Positions 1 through 8,741 of a stretch of DNA of 40,000 nt are shown here, in pieces (the stretch's first letter is position 1; each line of letters starts with the position of its first letter). The position numbers were made by a program, and so were the translations under genes. The stretch covers positions 291,896 through 331,895 of the forward strand of contig JAWLCL010000005.1 of assembly GCA_041687255.1 (NCBI GenBank), given 5' to 3'. Under the pieces are notes generated by a model. The model was given only the letters and a program-made list of their open reading frames with translations. It made no database searches and had not been told where the DNA came from. This DNA is from Mariniphaga sp. Lineage in GTDB: Bacteria; Bacteroidota; Bacteroidia; Bacteroidales; Prolixibacteraceae.

Positions 1-44
1 AGATGCTGAAGTTTTTTCTCAAAGAAAAACATACAGGGGAGACA

Positions 45-170
45 ACCTTTAATCTGTTATTTAACAAACTTGAGGGAGATTATGTATGTGGCGCAAATAT
101 TGCATCAAATAATATGATGCATGAAGCGCCGCATCATGGCCCCGCAACGAAGCCGTCTTTGCGAGTTTTC
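45..170 (+). repeat. Interspersed intergenic repeat, module M copy A
   Basis: Shares the exact 12-mer GGGAGATTATGT (74-85) and collinear motifs (GGCGC, GCGCCGCA, AGCCGTCTTTGCG) with 675-790 (+) and with the reverse complement of 7090-7230. ORF 3..257 is only a translation of this repeat. Confidence 0.6.
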
Positions 171-349
171 ACCAAAAATTTTTGGGCACAATTAGAAAAT
201 AACATGGTGCAACACCATCTTTTGCACCTGATTCTATATAATAAGTCTAACAAATGAATGTCATTGATAATATGTTACTTTCAAAACCCCGTCATTGGTA
301 GCGGGGTTTCAATAAAAAACCAAACCTTCAAACAGGTGTTGTATTCTAT

Positions 350-600
350 TCATTGTCACCGGCATTGGCAAATTGGATAGCGCGGCAATCTGTTAATAAT
401 CGCACCGGCCAATAACGATTAAAGTAAGGCTTTTGCCATTCGCAACAGATTGCTTCGCCCCGCTTGCAGTATGCGAAGGGTTGTTTTCTGATAAAAGACT
501 ATGCTTATTTTCACGAAAGCTCCTTTTTTTTGAAGCGAGTCTCGCAATGACGACTCCGTTGGAGAGTAAAGGCGAATGAAGGGCAGCGCGTACGGCTACA
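350..600 (+). repeat. Interspersed intergenic repeat, composite element copy 1 (internal hairpin plus inverted partial module M)
   Basis: Collinear with 6900-7160: CATTGT; inverted pair GCAATCTGTT (385-394) / AACAGATTGC (444-453); TATGCGAAGG; GCAATGACGACTCCGT (545-560), which is an inverted copy of AGCCGTCTTTGCG in module M. Confidence 0.55.
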
Positions 601-674
601 TTTGAAAAAATGATTAATTTACGATTTAAAGTTATTCATTTGAAAGTTCGGTTGAATACCGAGGGGGTTATATT

Positions 675-790
675 ATATAATAAACCTGTGGGAGATTATG
701 TCTGCGGCGCTAATGTTAAATCAAATGACAAAATACCTGTTGCGTCCCATGGTATCTAACCAACAAAGCGGTCTTTCCGGGCGCAGCTAT
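675..790 (+). repeat. Interspersed intergenic repeat, module M copy B
   Basis: GGGAGATTATGT at 690-701, then GCGGCGC and AAGCGGTCTTTCCGGGCGC, collinear with copy A. Confidence 0.55.
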
Positions 791-867
791 GCAATCTCAG
801 GCTATCCTGCAGATGCATTCAAAATAGAAAACACAAACTATTAAACAGGAAAGCGAACCGGAAGTAT

Positions 868-1824
868 TTATGATTCAGAGAACAGTGAATCCACGAATTC
901 CCTTCTCCTGAAAACCTGTAAATGTTCCATTTTCTCACCAATACCGATGTATTTAACCGGTATTTTAAACTGATCGGAAATACCGATTACCACTCCTCCC
1001 TTGGCTGTTCCATCGAGTTTAGTAAGAGCAAGAGCAGTTACTTCAGTTGCCTTAGTGAACTGTTTGGCCTGTTCAAAGGCATTCTGACCGGTGGAGCCAT
1101 CAAGTATCAGCAGCACTTCGTGCGGTGCCCCCGGAACAATCCTGTCCATCACCTTCTTAATCTTCGACAGCTCATTCATCAGGTTCACCTTGTTGTGAAG
1201 GCGACCTGCAGTGTCAATGATTACCACATCGGCATTGTTTTTTTGTGCCGATGAAAGGGTATCGAAAGCAACCGATGCCGGGTCTGAACCCATTTTTTGT
1301 TTAACGATGGGGACATCCACCCTGCGGGCCCAGATTTCAAGCTGCTCGATTGCAGCAGCCCTGAATGTATCGGCTGCGCCCAGATACACTTTTTTACCGG
1401 CCTCCTTAAACTGGTAGGCTAATTTTCCGATGGTGGTAGTTTTGCCAACACCGTTTACCCCAACAACCATAATTACATAAGGCCTCGCGCCATCGGGCAA
1501 ATCGAAATCGGAAGCATCGCCTGTATTGTTTTCTTCGAGCAGGGCAGCTATTTCATCTTTCAGGATTTGGTTCAGTTCCTCAACTCCAAGGTAACGGTCA
1601 CGTGCCACCCGATCCTCAATCCTTCTGATTATTTTCAAGGTGGTATCCACACCTACATCTGAAGATATCAACACCTCTTCAAGGTCATCGAGCAACTCCT
1701 CATCAACCTTTGATTTACCTGCCACAGCACGGCCAAGCTTTTTAAAAACACTCTCCTTGGTCTTCGAAAGGCCCTGGTCGAGGTTCTCCTTCTTACTTTT
1801 TGTGAAACTTCCGAATATTCCCAT
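868..1824 (-). CDS. ftsY: Signal recognition particle receptor FtsY
   Basis: SRP GTPase motifs in the translation (GVNGVGKTTTIGKLA, DTAGRL, TKLDGTAKGG). The start is placed at the internal ATG (MGIFGSFTKSKKE), because the 28 upstream codons of the ORF look non-coding. Confidence 0.93.
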   Translation of the reverse strand: MGIFGSFTKSKKENLDQGLSKTKESVFKKLGRAVAGKSKVDEELLDDLEEVLISSDVGVDTTLKIIRRIEDRVARDRYLGVEELNQILKDEIAALLEENNTGDASDFDLPDGARPYVIMVVGVNGVGKTTTIGKLAYQFKEAGKKVYLGAADTFRAAAIEQLEIWARRVDVPIVKQKMGSDPASVAFDTLSSAQKNNADVVIIDTAGRLHNKVNLMNELSKIKKVMDRIVPGAPHEVLLILDGSTGQNAFEQAKQFTKATEVTALALTKLDGTAKGGVVIGISDQFKIPVKYIGIGEKMEHLQVFRRREFVDSLFSES

Positions 1825-1944
1825 TGAATTATTTTTTGCAGGGATTAAAAATAGTAAATTTTCAGTTGAGGCAGGACATATCCTAAAACAAAAGAAGCTT
1901 TCACCCATACCGATGAAAGCTTCTCCTGCTCATAAAGCCTATTA

Positions 1945-2100
1945 TTATTGTTTTGAGAAATAATCTTTTACTTCGTCGTTGATAATTACCTCTTCTCTAA
2001 ACATGTAAGCACCGGTTTCAGGATTCTTGATCATTTTTATAACTTTTGAATGACCTTTACCTGCACCTTTTTGTAATGTTGCTACCGTTTTCTTTGCCAT
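1945..2100 (-). CDS. Small DUF4295-family protein (51 aa), absent from the ORF track because it is shorter than 60 aa
   Basis: Hand translation gives MAKKTVATLQKGAGKGHSKVIKMIKNPETGAYMFREEVIINDEVKDYFSKQ*. It sits between rpmG and ftsY, as in the Bacteroidota rpmB-rpmG-DUF4295-ftsY operon as I recall it. Confidence 0.7.
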   Translation of the reverse strand: MAKKTVATLQKGAGKGHSKVIKMIKNPETGAYMFREEVIINDEVKDYFSKQ

Positions 2101-2112
2101 AGTTCAAAGTAT

Positions 2113-2301
2113 TTATTTAATTTCTTTATGTACAGTAATTTTCTTTAATACAGGATTGTACTTTTTCAGTTCCAATCGGTCAGGTGTATTCTTACGGTTT
2201 TTGGTAGTAATATACCGCGAGGTGCCCGGCAAGCCACTGTTTTTGTGCTCGGTACATTCCATAATAACCTGTATTCTTGCGCCTTTACTTTTTTTTGCCA
2301 T
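2113..2301 (-). CDS. rpmG: 50S ribosomal protein L33
   Basis: 62 aa, [54 protein letters not shown], typical L33. Confidence 0.95.
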   Translation of the reverse strand: MAKKSKGARIQVIMECTEHKNSGLPGTSRYITTKNRKNTPDRLELKKYNPVLKKITVHKEIK

Positions 2302-2313
2302 TACAGAGTATCT

Positions 2314-2556
2314 TTAAATTTTTTCTATAATTCCTTTTTCTTTTGCATCGTTAATGGCTGCTACTATGCCCTTTTTATTGATAGTACGCAACCCCGCTGC
2401 TGAAACCATTAACTGCACCCAACGGTTTTCGTTTGGCAGGAAAAATTTTTTCCTGAACAAATTTACGTTGAACTTTCTTTTAGTCCTGCGTTTTGAGTGG
2501 GAAACATTATTTCCCACCATCGCACTCTTTCCTGTTATTTGACAAACTCGTGACAT
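2314..2556 (-). CDS. rpmB: 50S ribosomal protein L28
   Basis: 80 aa, [33 protein letters not shown], typical L28. Confidence 0.95.
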   Translation of the reverse strand: MSRVCQITGKSAMVGNNVSHSKRRTKRKFNVNLFRKKFFLPNENRWVQLMVSAAGLRTINKKGIVAAINDAKEKGIIEKI

Positions 2557-3010
2557 TTCTATTATAATTTCTTGATGTACAAATCAAACACGTTTTTTAA
2601 CGGCTTGCAAAGAAAATACTTTTTTAATAAATAATCAAGCCGTTCGCAAAGTTTTTCCGCAAACAATTAACATTCGGATGTTAATTCTGTAAAGCAACCT
2701 GTAACTGCGCAATAAACACCCATTTAAAAAATCAACCTACGGGTGGTTTATACTCATAAACTGGGGAATTAATCAACATTTGTAACGTTTTTCTTTTCCG
2801 CTTAGTATAATGATTATCATTCCATCCGTTAATATCCAGCCCTAAAAACTGCCGGAATTACCAGGAACTACCTGCAGAACTGCAGCTATTAGGAATATTT
2901 GCGAAAGAATACCACCGGGTATTGGCACAATTTTTCCTCTTATACGTCAAATGTAAATAATTTCTGCCCGTTGCCTTTCCGCCTGGCCGGATTATTTCTA
3001 AATATCTTTT

Positions 3011-4576
3011 ATGAAAAAAAGAAAGCCTGTAATAATAGCCGGCATCATTCTTATTGTTTTAGCAATCGTAGTCTTTGCGGGGACCTTGATTCTTGGCAAT
3101 TATATTGAAGACGAACTGCAGAACCGGCAAATAGGAACTTACCGTGTGCAAAGCCGTGAAGCAGGTGTCAATGTTCTACTCAGACGCATCTCTATCAGAG
3201 ACGTAGTTGTTGAAGATTCCGCAGCAAATCAAAAAATCACTGTCCCTGAAATCAAGGCGACCGGAATTCATATTTTCCCTTTTGTTTTCAATGATGAAAT
3301 AATAATAAACAAGCTACACATTCAGCAACCCGAAATAACTGTAATGCGAAGCAACGGCGAAGAGGAATCCGGGCAGCAGGAAGATACTTCCACGGAACAG
3401 GACAGGGAAATTGAGCGGGTACATATCAAACAGTTTGAGGTAGCAGATGCAGCAGTTAGGGTACTGAACCGGACTTCCGGCAATGCCGACACCCTGCTTT
3501 CCATTCATTCAGGATTGGAAATTCGCAATCTGAACCTGTTCAGCGACAATCAGCAGCTAAAATTCAATGCACATTCGGCCGAAAAGCTTGAGGTGCAGTT
3601 AACCAACGGCTCATACAACCTTCCCGGAGGTTTGTATAAACTGCAATTCGGTTCGATCAACTTCAGTACAGAACAGGAAACCCTGAACCTGGAAGATCTT
3701 CATTTTTCCTCATTGCATTCAAAATACGATATTGCAAAACAGACAGGTGCAGAAACCGATTGGTACGACATCGTTCTGGAGCAGCTTAATGTGGAAGGCA
3801 TCAACATAAATGCCCTGCTACAGGATACGGCTGTAGTCTTCCGGTCTGCCCGGCTGGAAGGGCTTGATGCCAACATATTCAGGGATAAGCGTCCGCCATT
3901 TCCCGAAAAGCCGGATACAAAGCTGCCCATGGAAATGTTGCAGGCATTGCCGGTTCTTGTATATACCGATTCTATACTGATTAAAAACGGAAATGCAATA
4001 TACGAAGAGCATGCCGAGGAAAGCAGTGAACCGGGAAAGGTAACCTTTAGCCGACTGTATGCCACCATCTACAATCTGGGCACCCTGCAGGATTCTATCA
4101 ACGGGCAGACTGCCATGGCGATAAGGGCAATGGTTATGAATGAAGCGCTGCTTGAAGCAAAATTTGTCTTTCCCAATAATGAATACTCACACCAATACCG
4201 TGTATCGGGAAGCATGGAACCGGTTAGTTTGTCGGCTTTTAATCCGATGCTTGTTCCCGCCGCATTTGTGAAGGTTGAGCAAGGTCGCCTCAGGCAACTC
4301 ATATTTGATTTTACATACGACAATAACAATTCTGAAGGAAACCTGACCCTTCAATATGAAAACCTCGATATCAGCTTGCTTGATAAGGAAGACGGTTCGC
4401 AAAAAACTATAAAAACCTTCCTGACCGAAACTTTCGTTCTGCAGGAAGATAATCTGAAGAAAGACAATTCCTACCAGGAGGGTACAATATCGTTTGAACG
4501 GGAAAAGAAAAAATCGATATTTAACTACTGGTGGAAATCAATTTTTAGCGGCATAAAGGATATTTTGGCTTTTTAA
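3011..4576 (+). CDS. Membrane-anchored hypothetical protein (AsmA/DUF748-like is only a guess)
   Basis: 521-aa ORF with one N-terminal transmembrane helix (VIIAGIILIVLAIVVFAGTLILG). No motif I can name with confidence. Confidence 0.7.
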   Translation: MKKRKPVIIAGIILIVLAIVVFAGTLILGNYIEDELQNRQIGTYRVQSREAGVNVLLRRISIRDVVVEDSAANQKITVPEIKATGIHIFPFVFNDEIIINKLHIQQPEITVMRSNGEEESGQQEDTSTEQDREIERVHIKQFEVADAAVRVLNRTSGNADTLLSIHSGLEIRNLNLFSDNQQLKFNAHSAEKLEVQLTNGSYNLPGGLYKLQFGSINFSTEQETLNLEDLHFSSLHSKYDIAKQTGAETDWYDIVLEQLNVEGININALLQDTAVVFRSARLEGLDANIFRDKRPPFPEKPDTKLPMEMLQALPVLVYTDSILIKNGNAIYEEHAEESSEPGKVTFSRLYATIYNLGTLQDSINGQTAMAIRAMVMNEALLEAKFVFPNNEYSHQYRVSGSMEPVSLSAFNPMLVPAAFVKVEQGRLRQLIFDFTYDNNNSEGNLTLQYENLDISLLDKEDGSQKTIKTFLTETFVLQEDNLKKDNSYQEGTISFEREKKKSIFNYWWKSIFSGIKDILAF

Positions 4577-4659
4577 AGTTAAAACGAGATTTGTTTCCCC
4601 GGATATGTTAGTAAATGATTCCAACGAATTTGTTGGCTCATTAAAATCAAAATAAATTG

Positions 4660-5060
4660 CCCTTACAGGGTGCAGGGAAGTATGAAACCGTCACCTCCCC
4701 GGGGGGATGAAGCCACGGTGTAAAAAAGGAAGGAGACTGCTGCTGTAAAGGGTATTTTTACACCATGCTTTAGCTTGGTGATCGAGCTGAAGCACCTATC
4801 TCTCCATGTACCCAGAATGAAAATATCAGAACATTCAGCTCCCATTGCTGCAACTAAAGCACCAGATAAAAAAAAAGAGAAAGGGAGGTGGAGGTGTCTG
4901 CAGGAAGATCACCGGGCTGAAGCCACGGTGTAAAAAAAGGCTGGCAGGTTTTACACCAAGCTTTGCCCCGTGAGATTTTTCACCATGCTTTAGTTTAATG
5001 ATCGGGGTGAAGCACCTACCCTTCCTTGCACCCGGGATGGAAACATCAGGTCTTTCAGTC
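4660..5060. repeat. Tandem hairpin-forming intergenic repeat (two units, period about 210-220 bp)
   Basis: TGAAGCCACGGTGTAAAAAAGG at 4708 and 4918; CACCATGCTTTAG at 4761 and 4981; TGAAGCACCTA at 4788 and 5007. Each unit folds GGTGTAAAA / TTTTACACC. The outer inverted pair is GGGTGCAGGGAAG (about 4668) and CTTCCTTGCACCC (about 5021). Confidence 0.6.
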
Positions 5061-5232
5061 GGGCAACACCTCTAATCATGCTTTTATCCATTTACTTGAT
5101 CTTCATTTTGAACACAGCTATATGTTAAAAGCAACCCCGGTGAACGTCCTGAAAGAATTTAAAATTTTCCCCTGTCCATATCATTTCCATCAAAAAATTC
5201 ATTATTTTTTACCAAAAACAAACTGCAATGCC

Positions 5233-5715
5233 ATGGATTATCTTTTAATAGCCTTAGGATTCATTTTTATTGTGGGCGGCATACTGGGCAGTATACTTCC
5301 CTTTCTTCCGGGTCCACCATTAAGCTATGGAGGCCTGCTGTTGCTTCATTTCACCGAAGCCCACCAGTTCACCGGCCGTTTTTTAATCATCTGGGGCGTG
5401 GTCACTGTTTTAACCTACCTTATCGATTACTTTATACCAATTTGGGGCACGCAACGTTTTGGCGGAAGCAGACAGGGCATATGGGGAAGTATCATCGGGC
5501 TTATAGCCGGCATCTTCTTTTTTCCTCCTTTCGGCATTATCATAGGCCCTTTTGCGGGAGCCGTCATAGGAGAGCTGATAGCCGGGAAAACCCATTCCGC
5601 CGCCTTCCGTTCAGGTTTTGGCTCTTTTGTCGGATTTCTTTTGGGCACCTTAATTCAGCTTATCGCTGCAGGATTAATGGCCTGGCATTTTGCAAAGGAA
5701 TTGTTCGTCAACTGA
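5233..5715 (+). CDS. DUF456-family membrane protein
   Basis: Start placed at the internal ATG (MDYLLIALGFIFIVGGILGSILPFLPGPPLSY). Polytopic and glycine-rich. The upstream 69 codons of ORF 5026 overlap the repeat region. Confidence 0.8.
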   Translation: MDYLLIALGFIFIVGGILGSILPFLPGPPLSYGGLLLLHFTEAHQFTGRFLIIWGVVTVLTYLIDYFIPIWGTQRFGGSRQGIWGSIIGLIAGIFFFPPFGIIIGPFAGAVIGELIAGKTHSAAFRSGFGSFVGFLLGTLIQLIAAGLMAWHFAKELFVN

Positions 5716-5867
5716 ACATATCCATCTTCCCAGCACAGGTTGCCCTCCCCAACAGGAGTTTTCGATATTTCTCAAAGCCTATGGACTACCGGTCCTGAAA
5801 TTTATTTTTCATGCCCAAAAACCTTATATCACCAACTGTGGTTTTTATAAAAAAGAAACAGTTTACA

Positions 5868-6704
5868 ATGAACGGACTTAAAACATTTGCCCTGCTGGCC
5901 TTGCTTACCTTTCTGTTTTTGTTTATCGGCGGGCTGATAGGTGGTCAGGGCGGCATGTTGGTTGCATTAATACTGGCCGGAATCACCAATTTTGTGAGTT
6001 ATTTTTACAGCGACAAGCTGGTTTTAAAATCTTACAGAGCCCGGCAGCTTTCCTCCGATCACCGGATTACCCGCCTGGTAGAACAACTTGCCCGCAAAGC
6101 CTCATTGCCCATGCCAAAAGTATACATCATCGATCAGGAGCAGCCGAATGCTTTTGCAACGGGCCGCAACCCGCACAATGCTGCAGTTGCCGTCACAAGG
6201 GGGCTGGCAAACAACATGACCGACAATGAGCTTTCGGGAGTGCTTGCTCATGAGTTGGGCCATGTCAACAACCGCGACATCCTGATTGGAACCATAGCGG
6301 CAACAATGGCAGGCGCAATTTCATACCTGGCATGGGCTATGCGCTTTGGTGCCGGCAGCCGCGGAGGAAGCAATACCGGGGGGAACCTGGTTTTCTTTTT
6401 GCTGGCTTTAATTCTGGCACCAATTGCCGCATCCTTAATCCGGATGGCCATTTCAAGGGCACGGGAATACAAAGCCGACAGCTACGGCGCCAGGCTCAGC
6501 GGCAATCCACTCTACCTGAGCAATGCCTTATTGAAACTTGAAAACTGGAGCAAACGAATACCCATGAGCGGAAACCAGGCAACTTCACACATGTTCATTG
6601 TGAATCCTTTTTCAGGGAAAGCCTTTTCAAACCTGTTCAGCACCCACCCGCCAACACAGGAACGAATCAGGAGGCTGAAAGAAATGGCAGATAAAGGATT
6701 TTGA
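5868..6704 (+). CDS. htpX: Zinc metalloprotease HtpX (peptidase M48)
   Basis: HELGHVNNRD (HExxH), four transmembrane segments, C-terminal STHPPTQERI. Start placed at MNGLKTFALLALL. Confidence 0.9.
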   Translation: MNGLKTFALLALLTFLFLFIGGLIGGQGGMLVALILAGITNFVSYFYSDKLVLKSYRARQLSSDHRITRLVEQLARKASLPMPKVYIIDQEQPNAFATGRNPHNAAVAVTRGLANNMTDNELSGVLAHELGHVNNRDILIGTIAATMAGAISYLAWAMRFGAGSRGGSNTGGNLVFFLLALILAPIAASLIRMAISRAREYKADSYGARLSGNPLYLSNALLKLENWSKRIPMSGNQATSHMFIVNPFSGKAFSNLFSTHPPTQERIRRLKEMADKGF

Positions 6705-6769
6705 AAGCGAATGTGGGACAGGTATTTTTTTATGATAACAATTCAAAAACAGGCAGGATTTTATTTAAA

Positions 6770-7235
6770 CAGGCCGAGTATCTGCCTGCAGGAAAGGGCC
6801 GCCTGAATGAACAACCCCTGCCATACAAAACATCAAAGCCGTCATTGCGCGCGATTTACCATTGAAATACAGACCCTTAACTCAGCCACCACAGCTTTAT
6901 CATTGTAAAGAACCATTGTAATCGCATGGAGCAAAGCAATCTGTTCATATAGGTATTTCCAAATACACACAACATCATATGGTCACTGCCAATCGGTACA
7001 GATTGCTGCGCCCCCGTCTGTAATATGCGAAGGTTTATGCTTTGATGCAGGTAAATGCTGAATGATTTGTACAGCCTTTCATTTAAGCAAGCGGGTCCGT
7101 CAGCTGACGGAGCAATGACGGCTCCGTAGGGAGGACAACATGCGGCGCAGAAGTAACTATGGTGTTTAATGTTACATACGCGCCACTGACAATGTCTCCC
7201 ATAAGTTTGTTATATAGAAGGTTGGTTTCAAAAAT
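6770..7235 (+). repeat. Interspersed intergenic repeat, composite element copy 2 (partial module M +, hairpin, module M -)
   Basis: AAGCCGTCATTGCG (6836) and its inverted partner GCAATGACGGCT (7114); GCAATCTGTT (6936-6945) / ACAGATTGC (6998-7006); TATGCGAAGG (7023). The reverse complement of 7140-7230 aligns with module M copies A and B. ORFs 7083..7271 and 7159..7431 are translations of the repeat. Confidence 0.6.
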
Positions 7236-7307
7236 AAGGATTAACAAAAATAAGTTGGAAAGAGCTGTCATTGGTCACCTGCCAACGAATTCACTACACT
7301 CTTCTCA

Positions 7308-7344
7308 TTGCCCTCTGCTATCTGCTCTTTGCCCCAAGCCTCCC
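7308..7344 (+). repeat. CT-rich short repeat module (copy 1)
   Basis: TTGCCCTCTGCTATCTGCTCTTTGCCCCAAGCCTCCC aligns with 21055-21101 (TTGCTCTCTGCTCTCTGCTTTTCGCCCCATGCCCTCTGCCCCTCCCC). A weaker copy is at 20498-20514. Confidence 0.45.
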
Positions 7345-7347
7345 TGG

Positions 7348-8154
7348 CTACTCCTCGTCCTTCCAGAACACACTGCATCGCTGCTCTTCAGCAATTCTCA
7401 AAATAGAAAATCCCAGGTCAATGGCCCGTGAGAAATCGGCACATGCTTTTTCCTTGTTGCCCATTTCGTAATTGGCAAGCCCCCTCAGGAACCAGGCATT
7501 TTTATTGCCGGGTTCCAGCTGGATGGCCTTGTCACAATCGGAAACAACACCCTCCATGTCAGAGGGGAACCGGGTGCCTGCCCGGTTGATGTATGCCCGG
7601 GCATTACCGGCATCGTGCCGGATATAAGTATCGAGGTCGGTGCGGGCATTGGCGGCATCCCCCGTAGCAAGGTAAATCCTGGCTCTTGTTAGATTCATTT
7701 CCGGATTACCTGTTTGTGCCAGCTTAGCCGAAAGTTCATTTAGCCGATCTTCAAAATCTGGCCGGGTCCAGAATCCCATTGTCATTTTAACCCTGCCGTT
7801 GCACAGGTCATCAACCAAATCGAATGAAAGGTAACAGTCGTTGCCTTCCGTCCTGTAAATCCCCGCCTCAGAGCACATCTCCCCTTCCCTGTCGCTGAAC
7901 CGTATGGTGTCGTTGTTGAATTCATACCCGCTGACAACATCAGTATTCCCGTCATTTCCAAAGTCCACCTCCACCGCTCCGTCAGCTTTAAATTCCAGGC
8001 CTACAGGGCCTGACAGGGTCATACGCACCCATTTGCCGGAAAGAAGTTTGCCGGCACCTAAAGGAGTATTGCCTGTCTGTGCAAATGCCTTTGTTAAGGG
8101 CAAACATAATGAAAAGGCCAGAATCAATAACATGTAAATTGATCTTGAATCCAT
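7348..8154 (-). CDS. Secreted TPR-repeat protein
   Basis: Signal peptide (MLLILAFSLCLPLTKAFAQ). C-terminal TPR-like repeats (ARIYLATGDAANARTDLDTYI, AYINRAGTRF, AWFLRGLANYEMGNKEKACADFSRAIDLG). Confidence 0.8.
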   Translation of the reverse strand: MDSRSIYMLLILAFSLCLPLTKAFAQTGNTPLGAGKLLSGKWVRMTLSGPVGLEFKADGAVEVDFGNDGNTDVVSGYEFNNDTIRFSDREGEMCSEAGIYRTEGNDCYLSFDLVDDLCNGRVKMTMGFWTRPDFEDRLNELSAKLAQTGNPEMNLTRARIYLATGDAANARTDLDTYIRHDAGNARAYINRAGTRFPSDMEGVVSDCDKAIQLEPGNKNAWFLRGLANYEMGNKEKACADFSRAIDLGFSILRIAEEQRCSVFWKDEE

Positions 8155-8161
8155 TTTTACT

Positions 8162-8551
8162 TCATTTAAAATTTAACTCTTTGTTTTTGGCCACTAAAAT
8201 GATAATCCCCAGTCGGGCAACCAGGAAAACAAAAATTCCGAAAAGCGGATCGACCAAAGCCATTTTCATACCACCAGCCAGCAGGCTGGGTGTAAGTTCC
8301 CCATGCGCAGCCACCATATCAAATGCCTTAATCAGGCCGAAGGTCCGCCCCAGGAATCCCCAGGCCACAGCAAACCATCCAACATGGCTCATAAGCAATA
8401 CTATTTTTCGATGATTACCAGGTTTTAAGAATCCCCGGACAAGAAGGGCGACTACTGCAAATAACAGCACTAAAAGAGTTACGGTAAAAACCGGTCCCCC
8501 ATCAACAAATTTTCCAGTTATTCCTTCCATGACTATTAAATATTTGTTCAT
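8162..8551 (-). CDS. Small MotA/TolQ/ExbB-like proton-channel family protein
   Basis: 129 aa with three transmembrane segments. FLGRTFGLIKAFDMVAAHGELTPSLLAGGMKMALVDPLFGIFVF resembles the conserved MotA_ExbB core. Confidence 0.6.
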   Translation of the reverse strand: MNKYLIVMEGITGKFVDGGPVFTVTLLVLLFAVVALLVRGFLKPGNHRKIVLLMSHVGWFAVAWGFLGRTFGLIKAFDMVAAHGELTPSLLAGGMKMALVDPLFGIFVFLVARLGIIILVAKNKELNFK

Positions 8552-8741
8552 AATACATCAAATATAAATCAGATCAGGAACCGATTAATTTTTTTGAGAC
8601 CGCTGAACAGTTTTTCCTGACATTCAACAAATTTACCACTCTTAAGTGAATTCCGGAACTGTTCGGGCAACAACCCGTGATAAACCTGTATTTTATCGAT
8701 TAAAAGATGTCGAAAACACTATTTTCCGTAATATTGTTGTT

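Noticed and set aside
3-257. 84-aa ORF at the window start
   Set aside because: It lies entirely on a DNA repeat that recurs at 675-790 and, inverted, at 7090-7230. The peptide similarity to ORF 7083..7271 is explained by the nucleotide repeat, and nothing about it looks protein-like.
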